Shown here piece by piece: positions 47,306 to 57,600 of a stretch of 64,000 bases of DNA (positions are counted from its first letter, which is position 1; the number at the start of each line of letters is the position of its first letter). The notes under the pieces are model-generated. The model was not told the origin of the DNA. It did no database searches and saw only the letters and a list, made by a program, of their open reading frames with translations. The stretch spans positions 1,737 to 65,736 of the forward strand of contig JBGAVH010000021.1 in the NCBI GenBank assembly GCA_044228225.1, read 5' to 3'. Source of the stretch: Saprospiraceae bacterium (GTDB lineage Bacteria > Bacteroidota > Bacteroidia > Chitinophagales > Saprospiraceae). The position numbers were made by a program, and so were the translations under genes.

Positions 47306-48874
47306 TCAATTATTTCCATAATAAAATGTTTTACTACATTTTTCATTTCCAACACGACCAACCATAATATAAATTTCTGGACTCAATAATGGTAAATCAA
47401 AAAAATTAGGGATGTTCTCATCAAATGGCATACTTTGGCGCAATATCAAACGCCCTGTAAGGTCATACAATTCAAATTCTGCGTTTAAAGGTGGCCTATT
47501 TACAATTTGTATTTGTTTGTTCACGATATTAAAATCAATGACCTTGTTACTTCTGGTCTCTGATTTTGAGATGTTGTATTGAGGATTACTTTTAGTAATG
47601 GATGGCATTAATAATGCATTTGCATCATCTCCGATTAATTCATCTGAAGCCATTGCATTGAAACCCTCATCTGAATAATTTCTTAAACCAACATCGCATA
47701 ATAAATAATTTGTGTTAGGTGATATGTATATGGTAGCACTCGTCCATCGACCATTGGATCCATCAATATCTGAATCCACATCTTCACTACCTACTCCAGG
47801 TATAGTAAAATAGAAAAGCAATGGTCTAGCCACTTGAATATAATAAGATCCCGCAACCAAATTATTAAAATAATAGAATCCATTGGTTCCATCGTATGGA
47901 TTTATCTTAGATACTGTCTCTGCAATTTTATTGCGAGACACTGCATCGAATAAAGAAATGACGACTCCATTAACTCCAGTTTCATTTGGATCCTGCATTC
48001 CATTCAGGTTAATATCACGCCAAACATAATTACCAATTGCATTATTAAGAAAATAACCAGCATCGATCGAACTCAAATAAGCTCCAATTCCCAGGGTAAA
48101 AAATGCCGTTGTATTACTTCCATTTTGATCCGTAATATCAGAATCCAATTGATCATTTTTGCCAGCATAAGGATTGGAGTGTTTATAACCTTTGTTTGAA
48201 ATCGGAAATATTTTTATATAATATTCTCCGGGTGATACGGATTGAAATTCATACCAACCAGCTTCTCCGGTATTCAAATTATTTGAACTTATTACCTGAT
48301 CAACAACAACATTATTTTTATTCAACAATTGAACAGTAAATCCATTAATTCCGGGTTCATTCTTATCCTGAATTCCATCCAGGTCCTGATCATTCCATAC
48401 AAAATCTCCAATAGTCCCTTTTGGAACTAATCCAAGATCAATCGATAAATCATTGGTTTGGGATTTATAAAATATCGTTGAAGTATAACCAAGAGATTGC
48501 ACGTCGGAATCAACCGTAGCGTCACTTCCAGCTCTAAATTGGGTAGGAAAATATTGTTTTGAAAAAACAAATTGCAATACATAATATCCTGTTGTTAAAT
48601 TTTCAAAATGATAGTACCCACTGGTAGAATTATGTAAAGAACTTACAGTACTCTGTATGACGACCCCATCAGGAATACCATTCTGGTCTTTGTCTGAAAA
48701 TAAGTTAATACTGATTCCATTGAGACCAATTTCCATAGGATCCTGAATTCCATTTCCATCCATATCCAACCATACACGGTCGCCGATACCCGTAGTGTCA
48801 TTTTGGCTGTAAACCTGCGAACAACTCAAAAATCCTAGTCCGATAAAAAAAATAATACGTTCGATAGTTTTCAT
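47306..48874 (-). CDS. SdrD B-like (SD-repeat B domain) protein with T9SS C-terminal sorting domain
   Basis: A signal peptide starts at the internal ATG 48874 (MKTIERIIFFIGLGFLSCSQVYSQ). Three repeats have the form GDxVWxDxxxNGxQDxxExGxxG. The listed 5' extension to 49219 has no signal peptide and is probably not translated. Confidence 0.8.
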   Translation of the reverse strand: MKTIERIIFFIGLGFLSCSQVYSQNDTTGIGDRVWLDMDGNGIQDPMEIGLNGISINLFSDKDQNGIPDGVVIQSTVSSLHNSTSGYYHFENLTTGYYVLQFVFSKQYFPTQFRAGSDATVDSDVQSLGYTSTIFYKSQTNDLSIDLGLVPKGTIGDFVWNDQDLDGIQDKNEPGINGFTVQLLNKNNVVVDQVISSNNLNTGEAGWYEFQSVSPGEYYIKIFPISNKGYKHSNPYAGKNDQLDSDITDQNGSNTTAFFTLGIGAYLSSIDAGYFLNNAIGNYVWRDINLNGMQDPNETGVNGVVISLFDAVSRNKIAETVSKINPYDGTNGFYYFNNLVAGSYYIQVARPLLFYFTIPGVGSEDVDSDIDGSNGRWTSATIYISPNTNYLLCDVGLRNYSDEGFNAMASDELIGDDANALLMPSITKSNPQYNISKSETRSNKVIDFNIVNKQIQIVNRPPLNAEFELYDLTGRLILRQSMPFDENIPNFFDLPLLSPEIYIMVGRVGNEKCSKTFYYGNN

Positions 48875-49280
48875 ATATTTCGTAGTTAGTCGAGAACTTA
48901 TTATATCACTTAGCCCATATTTCTTATAAAGTGGTTGTTTAATCAAGCAACTTTTCTGATTAGTCTGCAATAGATATCCGTGGATAAGGCTTTCAGATTC
49001 ATTGGCTTGTACTGATCTTAGACTCCAATCAAAATATTTTTCTAAGAATTTTCTAATTAATTGAAAAAAATCATTTTGATTTTGAATATCAAAAACAACC
49101 AAATTAAATACATATATCATTATACTATTTAAGTATAAATGACTGAATTCATGGGATAAATTGCTAAAACATTTCGCAATCAAAGCTTTACAGTTTTTGA
49201 ACTTTATAAAATAATTCAAAAAACAGCTTCAGAAGAGAATAAAAAAACTTATTTTTACAGCCTAATTTTGCGGTTAGGAG

Positions 49281-49319
49281 GCCTACTAGCTCGTTTCGAC
49301 GGGTGCTGTGGGCTTTTTT
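49281..49319 (+). terminator. GC-rich hairpin plus U6 tract (intrinsic-terminator-like), orphan on the plus strand
   Basis: GCCTAC-t-AGC pairs with GCT-GTGGGC across a 14-nt loop, followed by TTTTTT at 49314-49319. It is preceded by a second hairpin CCTAA-ttttgcgg-TTAGG at 49261-49278. No plus-strand ORF lies upstream. Confidence 0.4.
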
Positions 49320-49653
49320 ATTTCTGTTCCTGACTGTCTCGTGATCGTTATACCTTGCTCAAATACCATTTATCAAGCAAAGTAACCATCACATGAATAA
49401 TCATTCTCTTGTTTCTATCTAATTCGAGGTATACCATTCTTGTATTACCCTTGAATCAATAAATAATGCTGTATTATTTAATTGAACCATTATTTATTAT
49501 TGAGTGCCTTCAAAGTCAATAATAAGCATGGCTTTACTTATAGAATTTCGTCTAAAATATCTTTGTTGTCTATCATGTTGTTTGAATTTAAAAATGATTG
49601 ATGTTGGATTAACTGATTTTTCATAATTTAAATTTATTGGTTTAATGTCTGAT

Positions 49654-50508
49654 TTAAAGTTTAATTAAATTTATTCTTTGAGTCAAGCTTCCTTGATCTG
49701 ATTGAGCTATTAGGAAATAGATACCAGAATAAGTAACATTCACAGTATTGAGGTGAATGGATGTGAAATGTTGACCCTTATCTAATGTATTAGACCAAAT
49801 GACATGACCCAAAACATCATACAGGTAAAGGGAAGTTTTGGAATTCAAATTGGGTAGGTCAATGTTCAATACATCACGAGCCGGATTTGGAAAAACTTTG
49901 AAATTGTTATTTCCCCCAATTGCATTTGTTTGATCTAAATGTTGTGATAATAATACAGCATCCATCGATGAAACCGACTTATCCCTATCATTACTTCCAT
50001 TCGCAATCTGGTGTTGATCCGGATCTAGGTTTTTAACTTTTGCTCCAGAATTAGGTGTTATTGCATTTAAAGTACCACATCCTTCTAACGTTGCGGTTAG
50101 GATTGAATCGCCGGGATGGCCTTTAATTTGACGTAGTATCAATGTTACCTTACTATTTCCATCTAACTCTATGTCAATATGTTTTCCACTTTGTAAAAAT
50201 ACCTCACGATTATACCCTGGAAGAATATCGTCCTCAATGATTCCTACTTGAGTGGGAACTGACATATCTTCCTCGCCAATATTGCTTATCCGAAATGTTG
50301 CTATTCCATCATTACACTTAGCCTTTAATTGAAGACTTGCCCCTTTATAATCATCTGCATCAACATTCAATACTTTCAATTGATTGGAATTTTTAGCCTG
50401 ATCGCTAACCCATATCTGATTCAATGTAGCATCCAAACCTTGAGCAGAAACTCCAAAAATAGTGACTAAATTCACCAGAATTCCTAATATTAAATTTTGA
50501 TTTATCAT
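49654..50508 (-). CDS. Secreted protein with T9SS C-terminal sorting domain
   Basis: A signal peptide starts at the internal ATG 50508 (MINQNLILGILVNLVTIFGVSAQG). The C-terminus is VFPNPARDVLNI...IYFLIAQ. Confidence 0.75.
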   Translation of the reverse strand: MINQNLILGILVNLVTIFGVSAQGLDATLNQIWVSDQAKNSNQLKVLNVDADDYKGASLQLKAKCNDGIATFRISNIGEEDMSVPTQVGIIEDDILPGYNREVFLQSGKHIDIELDGNSKVTLILRQIKGHPGDSILTATLEGCGTLNAITPNSGAKVKNLDPDQHQIANGSNDRDKSVSSMDAVLLSQHLDQTNAIGGNNNFKVFPNPARDVLNIDLPNLNSKTSLYLYDVLGHVIWSNTLDKGQHFTSIHLNTVNVTYSGIYFLIAQSDQGSLTQRINLIKL

Positions 50509-50655
50509 TGTTTGTGCTTTATTTCTATGGCAAAGATATTGCAAGTTATTTTTCTCAAGTGTGATAAATATTGTAAATTGTAGCATTAAAATTAAAATTA
50601 TTTTTGTTAATATATTGATTATCTGATAATTATCAAATTTTTTGTAGGACACATT

Positions 50656-52077
50656 ATGAAAAATTCTCAGTTTATTGACCTATATTTAATATTAAATCAA
50701 CGCCAAAGGAAGGATTTTAGAAATTATTTAGCCTCTCCGCTATTCAATACCAACTCCAAATTAGTGATTTATCAGGAAAAAATTGACCAATTTTTGGATT
50801 TAGGTGTTGATCAATTGAAATCACGCTTGTTTAAGTACCTTTATCCCAATGAATCCTATAAAGATGTTAAACTGCGACTCTTGTTCTCAGAATTACTCAA
50901 ACACCTAAAGAATTATATCTACATTGAAGAAAAACAAAACCAAGATCAGGACAGAGAACTGTCATTTATTCGATTCTTAAGAAAAGGCCAAAAAATTAAT
51001 TTATTTGAAAAACAAGCCAACGCTTTTCGCAAAGAAATATTAAGCAAAAAAAATAATTGGAATCCAGATCATTTCGAATTGAGATATCAGGTGGATTTGG
51101 AATTACTATCTTACGAATCTACTAAAAACCGTTTTAGTTATTATGATTTCGCTGAAAGTTCAGAGACCATTGAAGTATCATCCATGCTCAAACGTCTCCG
51201 AATATATTTAGAACAATTATCCCACGAATCTATTGGTGCCACAAGTATGGAATATCCCTTTATTCAGCCTTGGGTCGATTATGCAGAAAGCAAAAACTGG
51301 TCTAAATATCCAGAAGTCCATATTTATTTATTAGCTCTGAAAATGTACAGAGAACCTGATGAAGAATCACATTTCAATGAGTATTTACTGCTCATTCGAA
51401 AATATGAAAATGATTTTGATTTCGAACGCGGCCGCGAAATATTTTTGACCGCGCTCAACTATTGTATTCGAAAAATAAATAAAAACAATACCCAGTTTTT
51501 TAAACAAACGATGGACTTATTTCAACATTGTGTTCGAACTGGTTGGCTTCTAGACTATGGTGTCATGAGTTCGTTAACCTATAAAAATATCATTGCACTG
51601 TGCATCAGAATGAAAGACCTGGAATTGGCTATCAAATTATTAAATGAATATAAAAATCTCGTAAACCCAATCGGCAGAACAACCATTTACAATTTCAATC
51701 TCGCCAAAATTTATAAGGAACAAGGTAACTTCAACCAGGCCCTTTATTTATTAAATACCAGTGTATTCAAAGATCCCCTCATAGAGCTTAATGCCCGTGT
51801 TGAAATGATTAAAATATACTTTGAAATCAAGGAAGAGCGATTAATGCATAATCAGATTATTGCCACCCAAAATTTAATCAAACGATCCAAAAAACTAGGT
51901 TATCATAAAGAGTATTACAATAACTTCCTGAATGCAGCTCATCGTCTTTATCTAACAAAAAAATTAACTACCTTAGATAAAGAAGCCTGGCTACAGTCCA
52001 TAAAAGGCAATAATCATTTAATCGAAAAAGGATGGTTGTATAGCATGGTAGATAAAATTAAAAGTTCAAAAGAATGA
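50656..52077 (+). CDS. All-helical (TPR-like?) cytoplasmic protein of unknown function
   Basis: The 473-aa ORF has no signal peptide and a helical-repeat character. It is divergent from the 49654-50508 gene. Confidence 0.6.
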   Translation: MKNSQFIDLYLILNQRQRKDFRNYLASPLFNTNSKLVIYQEKIDQFLDLGVDQLKSRLFKYLYPNESYKDVKLRLLFSELLKHLKNYIYIEEKQNQDQDRELSFIRFLRKGQKINLFEKQANAFRKEILSKKNNWNPDHFELRYQVDLELLSYESTKNRFSYYDFAESSETIEVSSMLKRLRIYLEQLSHESIGATSMEYPFIQPWVDYAESKNWSKYPEVHIYLLALKMYREPDEESHFNEYLLLIRKYENDFDFERGREIFLTALNYCIRKINKNNTQFFKQTMDLFQHCVRTGWLLDYGVMSSLTYKNIIALCIRMKDLELAIKLLNEYKNLVNPIGRTTIYNFNLAKIYKEQGNFNQALYLLNTSVFKDPLIELNARVEMIKIYFEIKEERLMHNQIIATQNLIKRSKKLGYHKEYYNNFLNAAHRLYLTKKLTTLDKEAWLQSIKGNNHLIEKGWLYSMVDKIKSSKE

Positions 52078-52233
52078 TTTCTACCGATTCAAACTTTTTT
52101 TATAACAAATTAAATTCCCAGAATAAGGAATAAGTTGTTATGGTTATTAGACTCGGCCATGATAATTAAAAAAATATTTTAGCAATTTGCATAGCTTTAT
52201 AGTTCCCCCAGCGCAAGACCTTTTGCAGATATA

Positions 52234-53238
52234 TTATATCATTCCATTTTCCTTATACCACTGATAACAATCTTGCAAAGTCTCATCTAATGTTCGCGGA
52301 TGATAATCCAGCTCCAATAAAGCTTTATGATGCGAAAAATGAACTTCATGATCCATTAAAGTATTAATAGATTCCAAGGTATAAATAGGCGCAGAACCAG
52401 AAATTTTAGCCCACATTTTTATAAATGGCAATCCAAATTTAGCCAATGATTTAGAAAATACCATTCTTGGTTTTCTCTTAATAGAAATAGAACTACATCG
52501 TGTAGCGATGTCCTTTAATGTTGCAAAATGTCCGGATAAAATATACCTCCGACTTATAATGTTCGCAGTGTTATTTTCATCTAGCTTAAGGATATGGCCA
52601 GTAGCTATACACACATCTCTGACATCTACCCAATCAAATCCACCACTTAATAATGCAGGCAATGTTCCAGAAAATAATTTTTTTAGAAAAATTCCACTTA
52701 GCGCATTAAAATAATCATGCGGGCCAATGACCCCTGTAGGATGTAAGATGTATGCATCCAAACCATTCCTTATGGCTTCAATAACGAACGCTTCTCCCGA
52801 TGCTTTAGAATGATCATAAGCCATACAGGTATTATCAGCTGACGGCATACTTTCATCTATTATGCCTCCAACTTGAATATCCAACTTGAATGCATGAATG
52901 GAGCTAAAGTGGATGAGTTTTTTAACTTTTTGAAATTGACATGCATTTACCACATTCATCACTCCAATGGTATTAGTCTTATGAACCATTCCATCCGGAT
53001 CACCCTCTATGGATATTATACCGGCCAGCTGGATGACTGCATCTGTATTATGGAATGCTTCTTTTACAAATTCCGCATCAAGGATATCTCCTGTGCAGTG
53101 CTCCAAACTTAATGAATCAAAGATCCATGATTTATCACTATTTCTATATACGGCGCGAATTTCAAAACCATCCTGCACCAAATGTCTGATCATATTATTT
53201 CCAATATGTCCTGTCGCTCCTGTTACTGTAATATGCAT
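52234..53238 (-). CDS. NAD(P)-dependent epimerase/dehydratase-family (extended SDR) oxidoreductase
   Basis: The protein has the Rossmann motif VTGATGHIGNNM and the catalytic YDHSK (YxxxK). Confidence 0.85.
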   Translation of the reverse strand: MHITVTGATGHIGNNMIRHLVQDGFEIRAVYRNSDKSWIFDSLSLEHCTGDILDAEFVKEAFHNTDAVIQLAGIISIEGDPDGMVHKTNTIGVMNVVNACQFQKVKKLIHFSSIHAFKLDIQVGGIIDESMPSADNTCMAYDHSKASGEAFVIEAIRNGLDAYILHPTGVIGPHDYFNALSGIFLKKLFSGTLPALLSGGFDWVDVRDVCIATGHILKLDENNTANIISRRYILSGHFATLKDIATRCSSISIKRKPRMVFSKSLAKFGLPFIKMWAKISGSAPIYTLESINTLMDHEVHFSHHKALLELDYHPRTLDETLQDCYQWYKENGMI

Positions 53239-53281
53239 TTGGAAAAAAAAATTATACTAAAAAAATCATAATAAATTAAAA

Positions 53282-54043
53282 TCACAACAATCCTGGAAAT
53301 ATTGCCTTACGCTTTTTAGGATAATCACTAAAAGTTTTTCTATACCATTTGTGATGACTCCAAGCCCTTGGAACTAAATTAGCAACAGTCCATACAGCGA
53401 ATCCCAATGCAGGTAAATTCCAACACATAATGGCAAAACCTAACCATTCCATTATTTCACCAAAAAGATTGGGACATGATATATATTCGAAGAGCCCACC
53501 TCTTGGAATTAGATATACATTGGGATTGCCATTTCGAAGATGTATTAAATAATTATCTGCAAAAAAATTAATTAGCATACCCGTGATGAATAATATAATG
53601 CCAATAATAAATCTCAAATCAAAAAACCAATCATTCGTATAAGTCTCCAAATATCCTAAATAATATCCATTGGTCCCGGCATTAATAACATTAAAAAATA
53701 TAGCAGAAGCAACTATTCCAATGGGAATTAATTTATCTTTAGTTCGGGTCCTAAATGGGAAAATAAAACTTCTATAAACATAATGTAATGCCCACAATCC
53801 ATAGGCAACCCATGCAAAAATTGATTTCTCTCCCGGAGCACCAAGAAACAAAATACTCAATCCAATAATGGAAACCGCCTCCATGATAACCCATCCCCAA
53901 CGATTAGACATGCTCTTACCCCAGGCAGTATTGTAATGCCTGCCATAAGGTGCCGTTATAAAAAATTGGATGGGTATTATGACTATTGCCAATCCGATCC
54001 ACGCATACATGAAGGTGTTAAGTTGTACTAAAGAAATATCCAT
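53282..54043 (-). CDS. 3-oxo-5-alpha-steroid 4-dehydrogenase (steroid 5-alpha-reductase / DUF1295) family membrane protein
   Basis: The protein is polytopic and has the C-terminal signature YISCPNLFGEIMEWLGFAI. Confidence 0.75.
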   Translation of the reverse strand: MDISLVQLNTFMYAWIGLAIVIIPIQFFITAPYGRHYNTAWGKSMSNRWGWVIMEAVSIIGLSILFLGAPGEKSIFAWVAYGLWALHYVYRSFIFPFRTRTKDKLIPIGIVASAIFFNVINAGTNGYYLGYLETYTNDWFFDLRFIIGIILFITGMLINFFADNYLIHLRNGNPNVYLIPRGGLFEYISCPNLFGEIMEWLGFAIMCWNLPALGFAVWTVANLVPRAWSHHKWYRKTFSDYPKKRKAIFPGLL

Positions 54044-54685
54044 GGATTCAGTATTTGACGATTAGTAAAAGAATTTTTATATAAATAAAAACCCAAATGT
54101 ATAGAAAATAGAATTAAATATCAAAAAGAATTAGTAGTCAATATATCTACATATAAAACTCACAAATTATATTTTTTAAAACAAAAAGTCATATCTAAAT
54201 ATAATATCATATTGATTCCTTATCGATTGGATAAATTAAGTAAGTATAAATAAATATACCATATATTCCAATTCTTTAATAGTAAATAAAATATCTATTT
54301 GGAACTTCTATTCCTAATTTTCATATGATATTTAAATAATAATACAAACTCTGCAAATCAGAATAAAGATTCAATTAACTTGATTGACTCAAATCACTAA
54401 CTAAATTTGATAATAAATTACTAAATTAATATGATTAATTTAAGACATTCAAACTATTTCTCACAAGAGCCACATGCATAATGAATATTTGGTTTCCAAA
54501 AATTAATCTTTAAAATAATAGCATTCAAAAATATTTGTGTATTTTTGCAATAAACTATTCCAATAAATGAAAATTATAGTATATCCAAACTCAACAGAAT
54601 GGAGAATTTAGATATAATTTTAAATAGTTATTTAATCTAAGAGTTCTATTTATATATTCAATTTAGTAAAACAATAAATCGATTA

Positions 54686-57600
54686 ATGATGAAAACAATA
54701 TGGGCACATTTTAAATTGCTGTTGGTTCTTTTATTCATAAGTAGTTTTAGTAAATTAGGATCTCAAATTTGTTTACCAGGAAACACAATATTTGATTCAC
54801 AAGAAAAAATAGACAATTTTTTAAATTCAAATCCTAATTGTACAATTATTGATGGGGATGTCACAATCGGCCATCCTTACCAAGCAGGATCAACGGTAAA
54901 TAATCTAAATGGGTTAAAGAATATCATTAAAATCAATGGAGATCTTATTATCCGAGCAAATTATTATTTAACAAATTTGGCAGGTTTAAATAATTTAGTG
55001 GAAGTTGGTGGTGAATTTAAAATAGAGGGTAACAATACCTTATCAAGTATTTCTGATTTTAACCAATTAAAATTAATAAAAGGGAAATATTCAATTAATG
55101 ACAATCTTGCATTAAATGAAATATCTGGGTTTAATAAACTTGTTACAATTGAAGGGAAATTTAGCATTCATTCAATGTCTAAATTATCGATTATAAGCGG
55201 TTTTAACGAACTTCTATCTGTAGAGGGATTGGAGCTGTATTCATTAAATAATGTTGTTGAATTAAGTAAAATCATATCATTGAAAATATCAGATACTTCT
55301 AGTGTATTTATAAATTATTGTCCAAAATTGAAGACGCTCATTAACTTAGAAAGTTCAACAAAACGTATGAAATCATTAACAATTACTGATTGTGATAACT
55401 TCGAGAATTTAAATTCGATTTCATCAATTCAAATTGTTAGCGAAAATATGACTTTAGAAAGACTCCCTTTAATTGAAAACATAACAGGATTAAAAGAAAT
55501 TAGAAGTTGCGGAAATTTAAGGATCGCCAATATTAATAAATTAAAAGATTTAAGCGATTTAAAAAATTTGAAACAAGTTAACGGAATTATAGAAATCATA
55601 GGACTTCCTTTGATTACAAGTTTAGATGGGCTTGAAAATATAAGTAAGAATAACTTACAGGCTAATTCATCTGGATTAAAATTTATTCTTAGAAATAATT
55701 CAAAATTGTCTGATTGCACACAAAATTGTGATCTAATATCGTTGCCTGAATCTGAAAAATTGATAGAATTTAATGCTCTAGGTTGCGCAACAAATAGGCA
55801 AGCATGGGTTAATTGTAACTTGCACAAATGCAAATACTCATCCTTAAATTTTAAAACCCAATCGCAAATTGATAGCTTTGTAACTCAAAATAAATTTTGT
55901 GAATATTTATATGGAGACATTTGCATTGGTGCTTGTGATTCAGATTATGTAAAAGGTAAAATTCTTAATCTAAAAGGACTTAATAATCTTGATACAATAA
56001 TTGGTAGTATAACAATAAAGAATATCTCAAATCTTAATCTTGCTGATTTAGGAGGATTACGAGTAGTCAATGGAAATTTTAAAAGTGAGGATAATCAAAA
56101 TCTGAGTTTCGATAATTTCTTTAGTGGTATTGGAGGAAGTTTTGTAATAAAAAACAGTTCCATTTTGGGTTGGCCGACAACTTTTAAAAACCAAATTGGT
56201 ATTGGAGGAGATTTCGTAATTGATGGCGTATCCGGTACAATTAACTGGAAAGACTTTGAAAAATTAGAATATATAAATGGAGATTTTATAATTGCAAATA
56301 ATAATAATCTTGTTGCCAGTCCAAGCTTCTTAAAGCCAGTTAAAGTTTTGGGTTCTGTAATTTTTGAAAATAATTTAAAATTATCAGGAATAAACTATAA
56401 TATTACCCCAATCAATTATATTGGTGTTGATTTTAAGTTTTCAAATAATCCAATAGCTCCATGGATTTATCTAAAAGTTGATTCAATTCATGGAAAATTT
56501 GAAATTGATCAAATTGCAAATGGGAGTCAAAATGGATTTTCCTTTCTAAAATATATTGGAGGTGACTTAATTATTAAGAATTATGCTCATAACTTTTCGC
56601 AAAACTTCAGTTCATTAAGTCAAGTCAATGGAAAACTACATATATCTGGTTGTAGTGGAATTCTCAATTTCGTAGGATTTAATTATTTGGATAAAATAAA
56701 TGGATCTTTAGAGATTATTGCTAATAGTAATTTAACAAGTCTAGAGGGCCTACATATGATAGAACCCAAATCAATAAAATCTAGAATTTTAGGTGAAAAA
56801 GATTTAAACATATCTGACAATCCTAAACTTAATAATTGCGATCTGGAAAATTTATGCAACATAATTCATTCAATAGAGAAAAATATTTATATATCAAATA
56901 ATAATGGACGATGTAATTCTGTGGATGATTTAAAGACAGATTGTGATACAATTGAATGCCCATTGAACTTAAACATTTTTTCACAATCTGAAATTGACAA
57001 CTTTGATCGAAAATATTATAATTGCGATTATGTAGAAAAGGATATATCGATACAACAGAATATTACAAATTTATACGGATTAAAAACTATTAAAAGTATT
57101 GGAGGTAATTTAAACATAAGCGGGACGTCATGTTTGGATCTAGTTGGTTTAGACAATTTAGAATTTATTGGAGGAAACCTGAGTATTTCTTCAAATGAAA
57201 AACTTACGTCACTATTCGGGTTAAAAAGCATTAATAGGCTTAAGAACGTTACATTTATTGATAACAAATCTCTGTTACATTTAAAGGGTATGGATAATCT
57301 TAATTTTATTGAACGTATAAATTTTTTAAATGTCTTTCTTAATTCGTTTCAAGGGCTAGAAAAAATTGATACAATCTTAAATTTTTCTGCAGCATATAGT
57401 AAAAATCTTTATAGTCTTCAAGGCCTCGAGGGTTTGAAGTATTTTAATAATTTAGACTTAAATTCTAATGATAATCTAAGTAATATAACAAGTCTTGATA
57501 ATATTCCATTACAAAATGACACTAGGAAAGTATATATTTCTGGTAACAAAAAACTTAATATCTGCAATACAAATTTTATTTGCAGAACATTAAGGCACCC

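Noticed and set aside
48875-49219. N-terminal 115-aa extension of the SdrD-like ORF (and analogous extensions at 19986-20111, 41576-41623, 50509-50652, 62554-62583, 16040-16084, 21729-21758)
   Set aside because: In each case an internal ATG is followed immediately by a canonical signal peptide. The upstream extension is non-signal, low-complexity, or overlaps a neighbouring gene or promoter region.
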